The notes: generated by a model from the sequence alone, not told the origin. Shown: positions 31,128-41,252, counted from the stretch's first letter. The stretch: 64,000 bases of DNA from Porticoccaceae bacterium (GCA_038145405.1 JAYQPQ010000002.1:6535-70534); one strand, 5' to 3'. A program made the numbers and translations.

Positions 31128-32213
31128 TTACTTTTTGCTGCTTACAAAGGGTGGGCGAACCAGGCGGGCCGTAAGCCGCTTGTCGCGCATTTCCACCTGA
31201 ACTTCGCCAGATACTGACACCGGAAGACGCGCCAAGGCAATACTTTTGCCCAAAACCGGGGAGAAGCTGCCGCTGGTGATTTCGCCAATACAGTGATCGC
31301 CCTGCCAGACCTGCTGGCCCTGACGCAAAACCCCGCGATCCAGCAGTTCCAGACCGATCAGCTGGTGTGCTACGCCCGCTTTCCGCTGTTGTTCCAGCGC
31401 GGTGCGACCGATGAACTGGCGCTCGGCCGGTTGCCAGGCAATAGTCCAGCCAAGCCCTGCTTCCAACGGACTGGTCTGTGCGTCCATTTCGTGGCCATAG
31501 AGACACAGACCGGCCTCGAGCCGCAGGGTATCCCTGGCACCCAGTCCACAGGGGCTGGCCCCGGCCTGCACCAGCGCATGCCACAGAGGCTGCAGCTCGG
31601 TAACCGGCATCACCAGTTCAAATCCGTCTTCGCCGGTATAGCCGGTGCGGGCAATCATCAGATCGCCGGTTTCCATGCAATGGAAGCGTCGCAACCTGTC
31701 TATGTGTGGCGCTGCAGCGGGCAGCACCTGAGCCAAAATGGCCACAGCCTGTGGACCTTGTAAAGCCAGGATACCCATGTCGTCGCGCCGTTCCAGGCGG
31801 GTTTCGAAACCCGTCAGCTCGGCGCGCATCCAGGCCATGTCCGTTTCGCGGTTGCCGGCGTTAATAATGAGGCGGTAGCGCTGGTCGTCGCGGCGATAGG
31901 CGAGCAGATCGTCCACCACGCCGCCGCCTTGATTCAGCATGAGGGTATAAAGGGCAGAGCCTGCCTCCAACCGCGCCGCATCATTGGCCAGGAGGTGACG
32001 CAAAAAGGCCAATGCGTCTGCTCCCTCGACGTCGACGGCTGCCATGTGGCTGACATCAAATAGCCCTGCTTTTTCGCGCACCTGCCGGTGCTCTTCAATT
32101 TGCGAACCGTAGTGCAGGGGCATATCCCAGCCGGAGAAATCGACCATGCGTGCCCCGGCTGCCCGGTGTATCGCATTGAGTGGGGTGAACAATTTTTCTG
32201 GATTAGTAGACAT
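31128..32213 (-). CDS. gcvT: glycine cleavage system aminomethyltransferase T
   Basis: GARMVDFSGWDMPLHYGSQIEEHRQVREKAGLFDVSHM. ATG 32213 gives an N-terminus of normal length. The ORF-track GTG 32255 directly abuts an AAGGAG, so spacing is zero. Confidence 0.93.
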   Translation of the reverse strand: MSTNPEKLFTPLNAIHRAAGARMVDFSGWDMPLHYGSQIEEHRQVREKAGLFDVSHMAAVDVEGADALAFLRHLLANDAARLEAGSALYTLMLNQGGGVVDDLLAYRRDDQRYRLIINAGNRETDMAWMRAELTGFETRLERRDDMGILALQGPQAVAILAQVLPAAAPHIDRLRRFHCMETGDLMIARTGYTGEDGFELVMPVTELQPLWHALVQAGASPCGLGARDTLRLEAGLCLYGHEMDAQTSPLEAGLGWTIAWQPAERQFIGRTALEQQRKAGVAHQLIGLELLDRGVLRQGQQVWQGDHCIGEITSGSFSPVLGKSIALARLPVSVSGEVQVEMRDKRLTARLVRPPFVSSKK

Positions 32214-32384
32214 CGGAAGGCACGCGTAAAATCCCCGACAGTATAGTCGGAGCACTCCTTACTGTCCCGCCGTCCTTCCGGGAATAGGCATCCATCGGCG
32301 AACCCAGATCAGCGCTCGGCGTTGCTGCCACTACCGCTACAATAGACCCCTTCTGGTTTGCGAGTACTTTGCCGAGTCTTCTGC

Positions 32385-33278
32385 ATGCACCCACTTCTCA
32401 AGTTACTGGCCACCGACCTGAAGCGTCATAAACGCATCGGACCGTACTGGCGTCTGATGCGTCTCGACCGCCCGGTGGGAACCTTGCTGATTCTCTGGCC
32501 CACTCTGGTCGGTCTGTGGCTGGCCACTGCAGGTCACCCGCCGCTGGGCCTGCTGGTAATCTTTGTAGTCGGCACCTTCCTGATGCGCGCAGCAGGTTGT
32601 GTGATCAATGATTTTGCCGACCGTCGAGTGGATGGCGCGGTGGAGCGCACGCGCACGCGCCCGCTGGCCACCGGCGAACTGCAACCGCAGCAGGCACTGC
32701 GCCTCTTTGTGTTGCTCTGTGTACTGGCTTTCGGACTGGTGCTCTTCACCAATTGGCTGACGATTGGCATGTCGTTAATTGGTGCATTGCTCGCTGCGAT
32801 CTACCCCTTCCTCAAGCGCTTCACCCACCTGCCGCAGGTCTGGCTCGGCATGGCCATGAACTGGGGTATTGTCATGGCCTGGACGGCAGGAACCGCTACC
32901 TTGGGTCGCGAAATCTGGGAGTTCTATCTGGCCGCTCTGTGCTGGACGGTAGCCTACGACACCTGCTACGCCATGGTGGATCGCGAGGACGATCTGCGCA
33001 TTGGGGTGAAATCCATCGCCATTCTGTTTGGCGACCTGGATCGCGCCATGATCGGGCTGCTGCAGTTACTCTGCCTGATGGCTCTGGCCCTGGGTGGCAA
33101 AGCCTTTGAACTAGGTCCGGTCTACCATCTGGCGCTGCTGACCATCGCAGCGCTATTCGGTTATCAGCAGTGGCTGATTCGCGGGCGCCAGCGCGATGCC
33201 TGTTTCGCTGCCTTCATGAACAATCGCTGGGTGGGGCTGGCGATGTTCCTCGGCGTCGGGCTGCACTACCTGTTGTGA
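32385..33278 (+). CDS. ubiA: 4-hydroxybenzoate polyprenyltransferase
   Basis: YWRLMRLDRPVGTLLILWPT...AGCVINDFADRRVDGAVERTRTRPLA (UbiA prenyltransferase Asp-rich motif). Confidence 0.93.
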   Translation: MHPLLKLLATDLKRHKRIGPYWRLMRLDRPVGTLLILWPTLVGLWLATAGHPPLGLLVIFVVGTFLMRAAGCVINDFADRRVDGAVERTRTRPLATGELQPQQALRLFVLLCVLAFGLVLFTNWLTIGMSLIGALLAAIYPFLKRFTHLPQVWLGMAMNWGIVMAWTAGTATLGREIWEFYLAALCWTVAYDTCYAMVDREDDLRIGVKSIAILFGDLDRAMIGLLQLLCLMALALGGKAFELGPVYHLALLTIAALFGYQQWLIRGRQRDACFAAFMNNRWVGLAMFLGVGLHYLL

Positions 33279-34411
33279 AGCTGGACATTCTGGATCGCCT
33301 GGACGCCGTCTCCCCGGCACGCTGGCAGAGCCTGGTGGGCTCCGACACACCCTTTACCTGCCACAGGTTTCTGTCTGCATTGGAAAGCTCGGGCTGTGTT
33401 TCAGCAGCGACCGGCTGGCAGCCTCACCATCTGACCTGGCACCAGAGCGGTGAGGTACAGGCGGTGATGCCCTGCTACCTTAAGCATCACTCTTACGGGG
33501 AGTATGTTTTCGACTGGAGCTGGGCCGACGCCATGCAGCAATTGGGCCGATCTTATTTCCCCAAGCTGGTAACGGCCATTCCCTTTACGCCGGTTACTGG
33601 ACCTCGCCTGTTGAGGGCGCCGGGCCTGCAGCCAAATGAATTGGTTGCGCAGGCCATGGACTGGTTGCACAGCACCCTGCCGCAGCGCGGCATTTCCAGC
33701 TTTCACCTGCTGTTTGCCGAGGACGACCTGGCAGCACCGCTGCAGGCGTCCGGTCTGGCCGAGCGTCAGGCCGTGCAGTTTCTCTGGCGCAACCCGGGCT
33801 ACGGCAGCTTCGAGGATTTTCTGGGCCTGATGAAATCCGCCAAACGCAAGCAGATCCGGCGCGAGAGAGCGCGGGTAGCGGAGCAGGGCATCGAGATACG
33901 ACGCTTTCTGGCTGACGACCTGAGCCTGGACGTCCTGGCCATCTTTCTGGCCTGCTATCAGGACACCTACCTCAAGCGTTCCGGACACAGCGGTTATCTG
34001 AATGAGGCCTTTTTTCAATCGCTTTGGCTGCACATGCGCGACCGCATATTGCTGCTGGTCGCGCAGCGTGGGGGTCAGCCGCTCGCCAGTGCGCTTTTTC
34101 TGTTCGACCAGAGCGGCCTTTACGGTCGCTATTGGGGCGCGCTGGAGCCGGTCGACTGTCTGCATTTTGAGCTCTGCTACTATCAGGGCATCGACTTTGC
34201 CATCGAGCGCGGTCTGCCCTGCTTCAATCCCGGCACCCAGGGCGAACACAAGTTGATGCGCGGATTCGAACCGGTTCTCAGCCGCTCCTTTCATTGGATT
34301 GCCGAGCCCGCCTTTCACCAGGCGGTATGTCAGGCCACCCGTCGCGAGCGCACCCGGGTGCAGGCCTATGCCGAGGCGGCACGGCATCATCTTCCCTTTC
34401 GCCACGCATGA
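33275..34411 (+). CDS. FemAB/GNAT-like acyltransferase family protein (DUF482-type), function unknown
   Basis: About 378 aa from GTG 33275, which overlaps the ubiA TGA (GTGA). FLSALESSGCV...YGEYVFDWSWA...FYGRYWG pattern recalled from the DUF482 family. Assignment made by memory only. Confidence 0.65.
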   Translation: MKLDILDRLDAVSPARWQSLVGSDTPFTCHRFLSALESSGCVSAATGWQPHHLTWHQSGEVQAVMPCYLKHHSYGEYVFDWSWADAMQQLGRSYFPKLVTAIPFTPVTGPRLLRAPGLQPNELVAQAMDWLHSTLPQRGISSFHLLFAEDDLAAPLQASGLAERQAVQFLWRNPGYGSFEDFLGLMKSAKRKQIRRERARVAEQGIEIRRFLADDLSLDVLAIFLACYQDTYLKRSGHSGYLNEAFFQSLWLHMRDRILLLVAQRGGQPLASALFLFDQSGLYGRYWGALEPVDCLHFELCYYQGIDFAIERGLPCFNPGTQGEHKLMRGFEPVLSRSFHWIAEPAFHQAVCQATRRERTRVQAYAEAARHHLPFRHA

Positions 34412-34429
34412 GGCGAAGATTCAGGCGGA

Positions 34430-34457
34430 TGTCACAGAGCTGTCATAGGGCCTTCAT
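34430..34457 (+). promoter_or_regulatory. Pho box upstream of phoB
   Basis: TGTCACagagcTGTCATagggcCTTCAT: hexamers at 11-bp phase matching the CTGTCAT-N4-CTGTCAT PhoB site, followed by a TAAAAT -10-like element. Confidence 0.6.
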
Positions 34458-34490
34458 AAAATGACGGAAAAACCAGCGGATAGCTTGCCC

Positions 34491-35201
34491 ATGGAACGCA
34501 AGACCATATTGATCGTCGACGATGAGCGCGCCATTCGCGACATGCTCAAGGTCGCTCTGGATATGGCCGATTTCAACTGTCTCGAGGCGCAGAATGCGCG
34601 CGAGGCCCAGGTCTGTGTCGTCGACCAGCGTCCCGACCTGGTGTTGCTGGACTGGATGATGCCCGAGGTCAGCGGTATTGAACTGCTGCGGCGCTGGCGA
34701 CGCAGCGAGCAGACGCGCGATCTGCCGGTGATCATGCTGACTGCACGGGGCGAAGAAGAGAACACCATCAAGGGTCTCGACTCGGGCGCTGACGACTATC
34801 TGTCCAAGCCCTTTTCGCCGCGCGAACTGGTGGCGCGAATTCGCTCGCTGCTGCGCCGCACCGCGCCCGAAACCAGCGAAGAGCAGCTGACCGTCGGCGG
34901 CCTGGTGATGGATCCGGTAAGCCGCGCCGTAACCATCGAGGGTGTGCCAGTGGTGCTGGGTCCCACGGAATATCGTTTGCTGGAATTCTTCCTGACTCAC
35001 CCCAATCGCGCTTATACCCGCAATCAGTTGCTGAATAACGTTTGGGGCGCCAATGTCTTCATTGACGAGCGCACCATCGACGTTCACATAGGCCGGCTGC
35101 GCAAGGCCATTGCACATCGGGGCTACGACGCCTGTGTGCAGACGGTTCGCGGCTTTGGCTATCGATTTTCCCAGGAAGCTTTGGTTAAATCAGCGCCCTG
35201 A
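34491..35201 (+). CDS. phoB: phosphate regulon response regulator
   Basis: ILIVDDERAIRDML...LDWMMPEVSGIEL...MLTARGEEE...LSKPFSPRELVARI plus a winged-helix C-domain. ATG 34491 is preferred because the Pho box and -10 element overlap the ORF-track start at 34461. Confidence 0.93.
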   Translation: MERKTILIVDDERAIRDMLKVALDMADFNCLEAQNAREAQVCVVDQRPDLVLLDWMMPEVSGIELLRRWRRSEQTRDLPVIMLTARGEEENTIKGLDSGADDYLSKPFSPRELVARIRSLLRRTAPETSEEQLTVGGLVMDPVSRAVTIEGVPVVLGPTEYRLLEFFLTHPNRAYTRNQLLNNVWGANVFIDERTIDVHIGRLRKAIAHRGYDACVQTVRGFGYRFSQEALVKSAP

Positions 35202-35232
35202 TCCCAACCCGGCGAGGCATCGCCCCGGAGCC

Positions 35233-36552
35233 GTGCAGAATCCACTCAAGGCCGAGTCCGGCCCCATCCTGATCACGGTTATCGTAGGCCTCGGCCTGGG
35301 GATTGCCAGCGGCCACCTCTTTCTGGGGTTGTTCCTGTCCCTGACCGGTTATATCGCCTGGCAGCTTGCGCAGCTCAACAAGGTGCTGACGTGGATGCAG
35401 AACCCCAAGCGCGAGAATGCACCTGAAACCGCGGGCGCACTCGAGGATCTGGTTGCGCGCATCCAGAAAACGCTGCGCATCCAGGAGCTGGAAAGCGGCG
35501 TATTGCGGGCCAACCTCGACCAGCAGACCCGGCTCATATCCGAAGTGCGCGATGGCGTCATGGTCACGCGCGCCGGGGGTCGAATTTTGTGGACCAACAA
35601 GCAGGCTCAGTCTCTACTGCACATCCGTCCGGAGCGCGATCACGGCCTGCCCCTGACCCACGTTATCCGCAATCCGCATCTGCACAACTACCTGGCTAGC
35701 GAAAACTTTGCCGAACCCCTGCGCCTCAAGCTGGATCAGCTGCAGCGGCGCTGGTGCGAAATCAGCATCACGCCCTACCCAACCGGGGAACGCCTGTTCC
35801 TGATTCGCGACGTAACCCGGCTGCAGCAGCTGGAGCAGATGCGAAGGGACTTTGTGGCCAATCTCTCGCACGAATTGAAGACCCCGCTGACCGTGTTGCG
35901 CGGCTATCTGGAGACCCTGCCCGTGCACGAAGGGACATCGCCCTCGGTGGCACGCATTCACCAGGAGATGGAGAAACAGTGCGACCGCATGTCCAGCCTG
36001 CTGAAGGATCTGCTCCTGCTGGCCCAGCTCGAGGATGCCGACTCAGAAATGTTTTTCGGCAGTGTCGACGTGCCGCAGATGATCAAGCGCATCGTTGCCG
36101 ATGCCGAACGTCTTAGCGACGCTAGCCATGCGATCAGCCTCAAGGTCGACCCGGATTTGCGCCTGACGGCGGTGGAAGTCGAGCTGTTCAGCGCCTTTAG
36201 CAATCTGGTGGTGAATGCCGTGCGCCATACACCGCCGGGTACCCCTATCGAAGTGCAATGGTTTGCCGATGCTCGCGGAGCCCATTTTGTGGTGGTCGAC
36301 CAAGGTCCGGGTATAGACGAGCGTCATCGGAGTCGCCTGACCGAGCGGTTCTACCGCGTCGAGTCGAGCAGGAATTCGGCAACCGGGGGCACCGGCCTGG
36401 GGCTGGCTATCGTCAAGCACGTGCTGCTGCGCCAGGGCGCCGAGCTGCAAATTGAAAGTCAGATCGGCGAGGGCAGCCACTTCAGCTGCCATTTCCCGCC
36501 CGAGCAAATTGCATCCGCAAGCGAGGCGCGCGCCCGCTTGGCAGGTCAGTAG
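35233..36552 (+). CDS. phoR: phosphate regulon sensor histidine kinase
   Basis: Two N-terminal TM helices, a PAS-like region, H-box FVANLSHELKTPLTVLRGY, and an HATPase domain (GGTGLGLAIVKHVL). GTG 35233 avoids overlap with phoB. Confidence 0.9.
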   Translation: MQNPLKAESGPILITVIVGLGLGIASGHLFLGLFLSLTGYIAWQLAQLNKVLTWMQNPKRENAPETAGALEDLVARIQKTLRIQELESGVLRANLDQQTRLISEVRDGVMVTRAGGRILWTNKQAQSLLHIRPERDHGLPLTHVIRNPHLHNYLASENFAEPLRLKLDQLQRRWCEISITPYPTGERLFLIRDVTRLQQLEQMRRDFVANLSHELKTPLTVLRGYLETLPVHEGTSPSVARIHQEMEKQCDRMSSLLKDLLLLAQLEDADSEMFFGSVDVPQMIKRIVADAERLSDASHAISLKVDPDLRLTAVEVELFSAFSNLVVNAVRHTPPGTPIEVQWFADARGAHFVVVDQGPGIDERHRSRLTERFYRVESSRNSATGGTGLGLAIVKHVLLRQGAELQIESQIGEGSHFSCHFPPEQIASASEARARLAGQ

Positions 36553-36561
36553 TTCAGCGGA

Positions 36562-37014
36562 TCAGTAAATAAAGGCGAGAAAGCGTCGCGTGCGCTTCAT
36601 GTAGTCGCGGTAGTCGCCGGACTCCTGCGCTAGCAATTCCTCTTCCATGCGTGCCTTGTAGTCGAGCACCAGGGCCAGCAAGGCGCAGGCAATGCCGTTG
36701 GGCAAAGACGGGTTGCACAGGGCAATACCGGCTACTGCCAGCATCAGGGAGACATACATGGGGTGGCGAATGAGTCGATAGGGTCCGCCGAAACACAGCT
36801 GCGCGCCCGGCTTGGGCAGGGGCGACACATTGAAGTTTTCCGGGCTGTTGGTTTTCAGCGTCCAGGCGCCCAGAATCAGGCCGATACACAGCAAGCTGAT
36901 ACCCCAGGGGTCCTGCGTGGGCCGACCGGCAAAGGGCATGACTGCCACCAGGGTGAAGAAAAACTGGGCCCCTACCAGCCCATGTGCTTTCGACAGTGTC
37001 GCGTCGATGACCAT
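36562..37014 (-). CDS. isoprenylcysteine carboxyl / phospholipid methyltransferase-family membrane protein
   Basis: 150-aa membrane protein with GPYRLIRHPMYVSLML, characteristic of the ICMT/PEMT family. Confidence 0.75.
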   Translation of the reverse strand: MVIDATLSKAHGLVGAQFFFTLVAVMPFAGRPTQDPWGISLLCIGLILGAWTLKTNSPENFNVSPLPKPGAQLCFGGPYRLIRHPMYVSLMLAVAGIALCNPSLPNGIACALLALVLDYKARMEEELLAQESGDYRDYMKRTRRFLAFIY

Positions 37015-37104
37015 AGCGCTGCATTAACTTTGCTGGATTTGGCTGGCCATGCTAATCGGTTTCTCTATCATGGGTAAAGTGCTTCACCCCCCGAACTTCT
37101 TCGA

Positions 37105-38571
37105 ATGACCGCAAACTCCGCCGAATCGGTGCGCTGGGAGAATCTGTATCGCCAGCTCGGGCCCGCCTTCCACACAGCCATTCGGCCAGCGCCGCTGAAC
37201 AATGCCCGTCTGGTCCACCTCAACGCGGAACTGGCAGGCCAGCTGAGGCTGGATGGCGCCCATGCGGAGCAGCTGCTACGCCAATTCAACGGCGAAACGC
37301 CGCTCGATGGGCGCGAACCCCTGGCTAGCCTCTATGCGGGACACCAGTTCGGCAGCTGGGTCAGTCAGCTGGGCGATGGCCGCGCTGCACTGATTGGCCA
37401 ACGCCGCGATGCCGCAGGTCAATTGTGGGATATCCAGAGCAAGGGCTGCGGCCCGACCCCCTACTCGCGTCATGCCGATGGACGCGCCGTGTTGCGGTCC
37501 TGTATCCGCGAGTATCTGTGCAGTGAATCCATGCACGGCCTGGGCATTCCCACCACCCGCGCACTGGCGCTGCTGGATTCGGACACCCCCGTCTATCGGG
37601 AGCAGGTCGAACGCGGTGCCATCCTGGTGCGCGTTGCCGAATCCCATCTGCGCTTCGGCCATTTCGAGGTGTTCGCTTCGCGTCAGCAAAAGGATGAGGT
37701 TCGGGTGCTGGCCGACTACCTCCTCGCACATCACTTTGCCCATCTGGCCGATGTGTCCGACCCTTATCTGGCGCTTTATCGGGAAGTGCTCGAACGCAGC
37801 GCCGACCTGATGGCTCAGTGGCAGGCGGTTGGCTTTTGTCATGGCGTGATGAACACCGACAACATGTCGATCCTGGGCCTGACCCTGGATTACGGCCCCT
37901 TCGGCTTCATGGAGGAATACGATCCGGCCCACATCTGCAACCACTCCGACTTCCAGGGCCGCTACGCCTACCAGGCGCAACCCCGGGTGGCCCATTGGAA
38001 TCTGGCCTGTCTCGGCCAGGCGCTGCTCGACCTGATCGACTTCGAGGCGGCGCAGGCAGTGCTGCAAAGCTTTCCCGCCCGCTTTGCCGACGCCTATCAG
38101 CGGCGCATGGCGCCCAAGCTCGGGTTATCAGCGCAGGATCCCGAGCTGGAAGGGCTATTGAACGGCTGGCTGAATTTACTGGCGGCGCATCGCGTCGACT
38201 TCACCCTGGCTTTCCGCCGCCTGGCGGAGCTGGCAGCGGGGGACGCCCTTGCCGAGGCCTGGCTGGAAGACGCCCTGCAGGCAGATCCTGCCTGGCAGCT
38301 GTGGCGCGAGAACTATCTGCGCAGGCTGCGCGTCGAGTCGGGGAGCGTCGAGAAGCGTGTGCAAGCCATGTTCATGGCCAACCCACTGTATATTCTGCGC
38401 AATGCCTTTGCCCAACGCGCGATTGAGCGCGCGGAGCACGGCGACTACGGCGAGATCAATCGGCTGTTTCACCTGCTGCGCCATCCCTATCAGGCGCAAG
38501 CCGACGGCAACCCTTATGAAAATCCGGCGCCGCAACAGGAGCGTCACCTCGCTGTCAGCTGCTCGTCCTAG
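37105..38571 (+). CDS. selO: protein adenylyltransferase SelO (YdiU)
   Basis: LYAGHQFGSWVSQLGDGRA...SKGCGPTPYSRHADGRAVLRSCIREYLCSE...GVMNTDNMSILGLTLDYGPFGF. Confidence 0.92.
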   Translation: MTANSAESVRWENLYRQLGPAFHTAIRPAPLNNARLVHLNAELAGQLRLDGAHAEQLLRQFNGETPLDGREPLASLYAGHQFGSWVSQLGDGRAALIGQRRDAAGQLWDIQSKGCGPTPYSRHADGRAVLRSCIREYLCSESMHGLGIPTTRALALLDSDTPVYREQVERGAILVRVAESHLRFGHFEVFASRQQKDEVRVLADYLLAHHFAHLADVSDPYLALYREVLERSADLMAQWQAVGFCHGVMNTDNMSILGLTLDYGPFGFMEEYDPAHICNHSDFQGRYAYQAQPRVAHWNLACLGQALLDLIDFEAAQAVLQSFPARFADAYQRRMAPKLGLSAQDPELEGLLNGWLNLLAAHRVDFTLAFRRLAELAAGDALAEAWLEDALQADPAWQLWRENYLRRLRVESGSVEKRVQAMFMANPLYILRNAFAQRAIERAEHGDYGEINRLFHLLRHPYQAQADGNPYENPAPQQERHLAVSCSS

Positions 38572-40442
38572 CGGGTGGCGAGCGGAACTTCCAGGGCAAA
38601 CAGCACGCCGCTGCCGTCGGCAAGATTGACAGCGGTCAACTTGCCGCCGTGAAATTCGGCAATGCGTCGGGCAATGCTCAAGCCCAGACCCAGGTGGCCG
38701 TCAGCCGCCTTCTCAGCCGGCCGCAGGGACACCATGGAAGCAAAGATGTCCTGCTCTGCTCCCTCGGGCAGCAGGGGTCCCCTATTGGTGATCGACATGC
38801 GCCAGATATCGCCGAGGCGTCCCGACTGTACCCGAATTTCGGTGCCCGGCTCGGCAAAGCTCAATGCATTCTCCACCAGCTTGTCGACCAGCTGGGCCAG
38901 CAGGTCGGGCGAGCCATCGAGCCGCCCCCCACGCGCTTCGTCCAGTGCACGATAAGTCACCCGCGCCTGCGGAAAGGCCTGGCCGTAGGCGGCGACCAGC
39001 TCCCTGATCAGGGCATCCGCATCAAAATTGCAGCGCGCGGTGCGCTCGATGCCCGACTCCAGAGAATTGGCTTCGGCCATGCTGCGCAGCATCTTGCGCA
39101 GGCGCTCAATGCCCTGGCGTGCGCGTTCGGCAAAGACTGCTCGCTCCTCCGGGTCGTCGGCGCTGTCCAGGTTGTCGAGGGAAGAGCCGATGATAGTGAG
39201 CGGGGTGCGCATTTCATGCGACAGACGACCCGCCATGCCCTCCATATAGTCCGTATATTTTTGCAGCCGCCGGGTGAGCTGGGCATAGGCCCGCGTCAGC
39301 TCACCCAGTTCGTCGGCGGAGCGGGACGGTGCAAAATCACCATCGACCCGGCCGTGCTCATCGATTAGCCCATGCGTCCAGCGACTGAGCTGGCGCAGGC
39401 GGCGGGACAGCCAGCCGGCATAGGCAAACAAACCCGCCAACACCAGCACCAACAACCCCAGGCTGGCGAGAAGCCACTGCCTGAGCAAATCCGCATAGAG
39501 TTGCAGAAAGCTGTGCAGCTCGCTTTGCAGCACCAGTCGACCTACAGCGAGACCCGAAATTCGCACCGGCAGGCGCAGTTCCAGTTGCGGCGCAGTTCCG
39601 TCCCAGATCCAGACAACCTCACCCGAGCCCTGATCCAGACTGGCGTCGAACTGACGAGGCAGCCAGCGAGCTGCCGAGGTCGACCAGCGCGAAGGGGAAA
39701 CAAATTCGGGAACGGATCCAGCGGCGGCAACTTCCCAGCCGTCGGTGGTAAGAAATGCCAGTCTGGTGCCTCCATCGGCAAAGACACTCAGGTCATCCTG
39801 CAAGCCTTCCGGCTGTGTTATCCAGGCCAGCGGCTTGCCCTGACTCCCCAGACCCCAACTCCGATTCGCCGTGCCCAGCGCCGCCAGGGTCAGACCCACC
39901 TGCGGGCCAATCTGACTGGTTGGAAAAGCTAATTCCAGGACCAGCTGTTCGCCGCGTACCTGCCAGCGACCCAGCACGCCAAGAGCTCGATAGGCCGGCT
40001 CCGGTTGCAACAAGCCATCCAGTTGCAACTCGAGTTCGATGCGTGCCGCACCGGTCCACAATGCCATCTGCACCTCACCGGGCGCTCGCGCTGGCAGTCG
40101 TGTCCCGAGAAAAAGCGTGTCGCCGACACGAAGTCGATACAGCTCTGGAACGCCCTGCGGTGCTGCGGGCTGCAGCGGCCAGTCGGCGAGATCGCCGTCG
40201 ACCAGGGGCGGCTGCGGTGCCGACGGAAAATAGATGCGCTGGCTGCTATCGAGCTGAATCAGATCGCGAAACTGCTCTGGCTGCGACTGCAGATAGGCAA
40301 CGATGAGTTGGGCACGGGCGCGCTGGGCGTCGAGCTCACCCTGCAACAACAGACCGACCAGTTGAGAAAATACCTGATAGCCGGCCCAGGGCAATGCCAG
40401 CAGCAGCAGGCTCAGTAACAGGAGCTGGCGACTGAGGCTCAA
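38568..40442 (-). CDS. sensor histidine kinase with a periplasmic domain of about 300 aa
   Basis: TM1 (LLLLSLLLLALPWAG), a large extracytoplasmic region, TM2 (LLASLGLLVLVLAGLFAYAGW), H-box RLSHEMRTPLT, and HATPase (GLGLSIARRIAEFHGG). The TTG start overlaps the regulator TGA (TTGA). Confidence 0.85.
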   Translation of the reverse strand: MSLSRQLLLLSLLLLALPWAGYQVFSQLVGLLLQGELDAQRARAQLIVAYLQSQPEQFRDLIQLDSSQRIYFPSAPQPPLVDGDLADWPLQPAAPQGVPELYRLRVGDTLFLGTRLPARAPGEVQMALWTGAARIELELQLDGLLQPEPAYRALGVLGRWQVRGEQLVLELAFPTSQIGPQVGLTLAALGTANRSWGLGSQGKPLAWITQPEGLQDDLSVFADGGTRLAFLTTDGWEVAAAGSVPEFVSPSRWSTSAARWLPRQFDASLDQGSGEVVWIWDGTAPQLELRLPVRISGLAVGRLVLQSELHSFLQLYADLLRQWLLASLGLLVLVLAGLFAYAGWLSRRLRQLSRWTHGLIDEHGRVDGDFAPSRSADELGELTRAYAQLTRRLQKYTDYMEGMAGRLSHEMRTPLTIIGSSLDNLDSADDPEERAVFAERARQGIERLRKMLRSMAEANSLESGIERTARCNFDADALIRELVAAYGQAFPQARVTYRALDEARGGRLDGSPDLLAQLVDKLVENALSFAEPGTEIRVQSGRLGDIWRMSITNRGPLLPEGAEQDIFASMVSLRPAEKAADGHLGLGLSIARRIAEFHGGKLTAVNLADGSGVLFALEVPLATR

Positions 40443-41128
40443 GCGGTGTCCGACCAGCGATAGCCCATACCATAGGCTGTCTTGATGGCATCAAAGCCGG
40501 TGTCCACCTGCTGGAATTTCTGGCGAATGCGCTTGATATGACTGGTAATGGTGCCCTCGTCGAGAACCACCTTAGCGGCGTCCATCAACTGTTGCCGGCT
40601 GCGCAGATGGCCGGGGTGCCGCGCCAGCGCATGCACCATCCAGAATTCCGTCAGCGTCAGATCCAGGGCCTGTCCGCGCCAACTGGCCGACATGCGGTCG
40701 AGATCGAGCAACAGGTCGCCGCGTTCCAGCCGCTCTTCCTGTGGTTGATTGTCCTGCTGGCTGCGTCGCAACAGGGCGGATACCCGCGCCAGCAACTGCT
40801 GCTGACTGACATCCTTGCTGACGTAGTCATCGGCGCCTACGCGCAATCCCGAGACCACGTCGTAGTCCGAGTCCCTGGCCGAAAGGATAATGATGGGCAG
40901 TTGCGCCGAACGGCTGCGCAGATCGCGGCATAGTTCGAAGCCGCCCTCGAGGTCGTCGCCTAGCCCGATATCCAGAATGGCCAGGTCGGGCAAGCCGATC
41001 TGGAATGCCTGCTGGGCTTCCTGGCGAGAGGCGAAGGTCTGCACCCGATAGCCCTGGCGGCCGAGCATGGCCGCATAGTTGGCTGCGATAGCTGGCTCGT
41101 CTTCGACGATGACTATGCGACTCTTCAC
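40439..41128 (-). CDS. OmpR-family response regulator
   Basis: From GTG 41128: KSRIVIVEDEPAIAANY...DLAILDIGLGDD...ILSARDSDYD plus a winged-helix domain (LTLTEFWMVHALARHPG...YGMGYRW). The 351-aa ORF-track version is an over-extension into the OmpA gene. Confidence 0.88.
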   Translation of the reverse strand: MKSRIVIVEDEPAIAANYAAMLGRQGYRVQTFASRQEAQQAFQIGLPDLAILDIGLGDDLEGGFELCRDLRSRSAQLPIIILSARDSDYDVVSGLRVGADDYVSKDVSQQQLLARVSALLRRSQQDNQPQEERLERGDLLLDLDRMSASWRGQALDLTLTEFWMVHALARHPGHLRSRQQLMDAAKVVLDEGTITSHIKRIRQKFQQVDTGFDAIKTAYGMGYRWSDTA

Positions 41129-41252
41129 GTCCCACCCCAGGTCTTCAATGGCCCACCATGGTAACCAAATTTGTGCGGGCTCCACAGCACGTCGCACCCA
41201 GAAAAAAGGGCCGCCGGAGGGCGCGGCCCGAAGGGGACAGAGGGAAAAGGAC

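Noticed and set aside
32214-32345. Possible glycine riboswitch upstream of gcvT
   Set aside because: Fragments such as CGCCGATGGATGCC and CCCGGAAGGACGG loosely resemble the CGCCGAAGGAGCAA and CTCAGGCAAAAGGAC cores. However, the GGAGAG element and the P2/P3 helices between them are missing, and there is no tandem aptamer. It is not a credible match without a covariance-model score.
33401-34405. 334-aa minus-strand ORF opposite the FemAB/GNAT-like gene, and similar long antisense ORFs (857..1519, 4134..4880, 13149..13898, 14192..15040, 50822..51829, 54211..54996, 57227..58141, 60445..61062, 61385..62098)
   Set aside because: Each lies fully inside a gene with strong family motifs on the other strand. 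They lack ribosome-binding sites and recognisable domains and show the Q/R/G/A/H-rich composition typical of GC-rich shadow ORFs.
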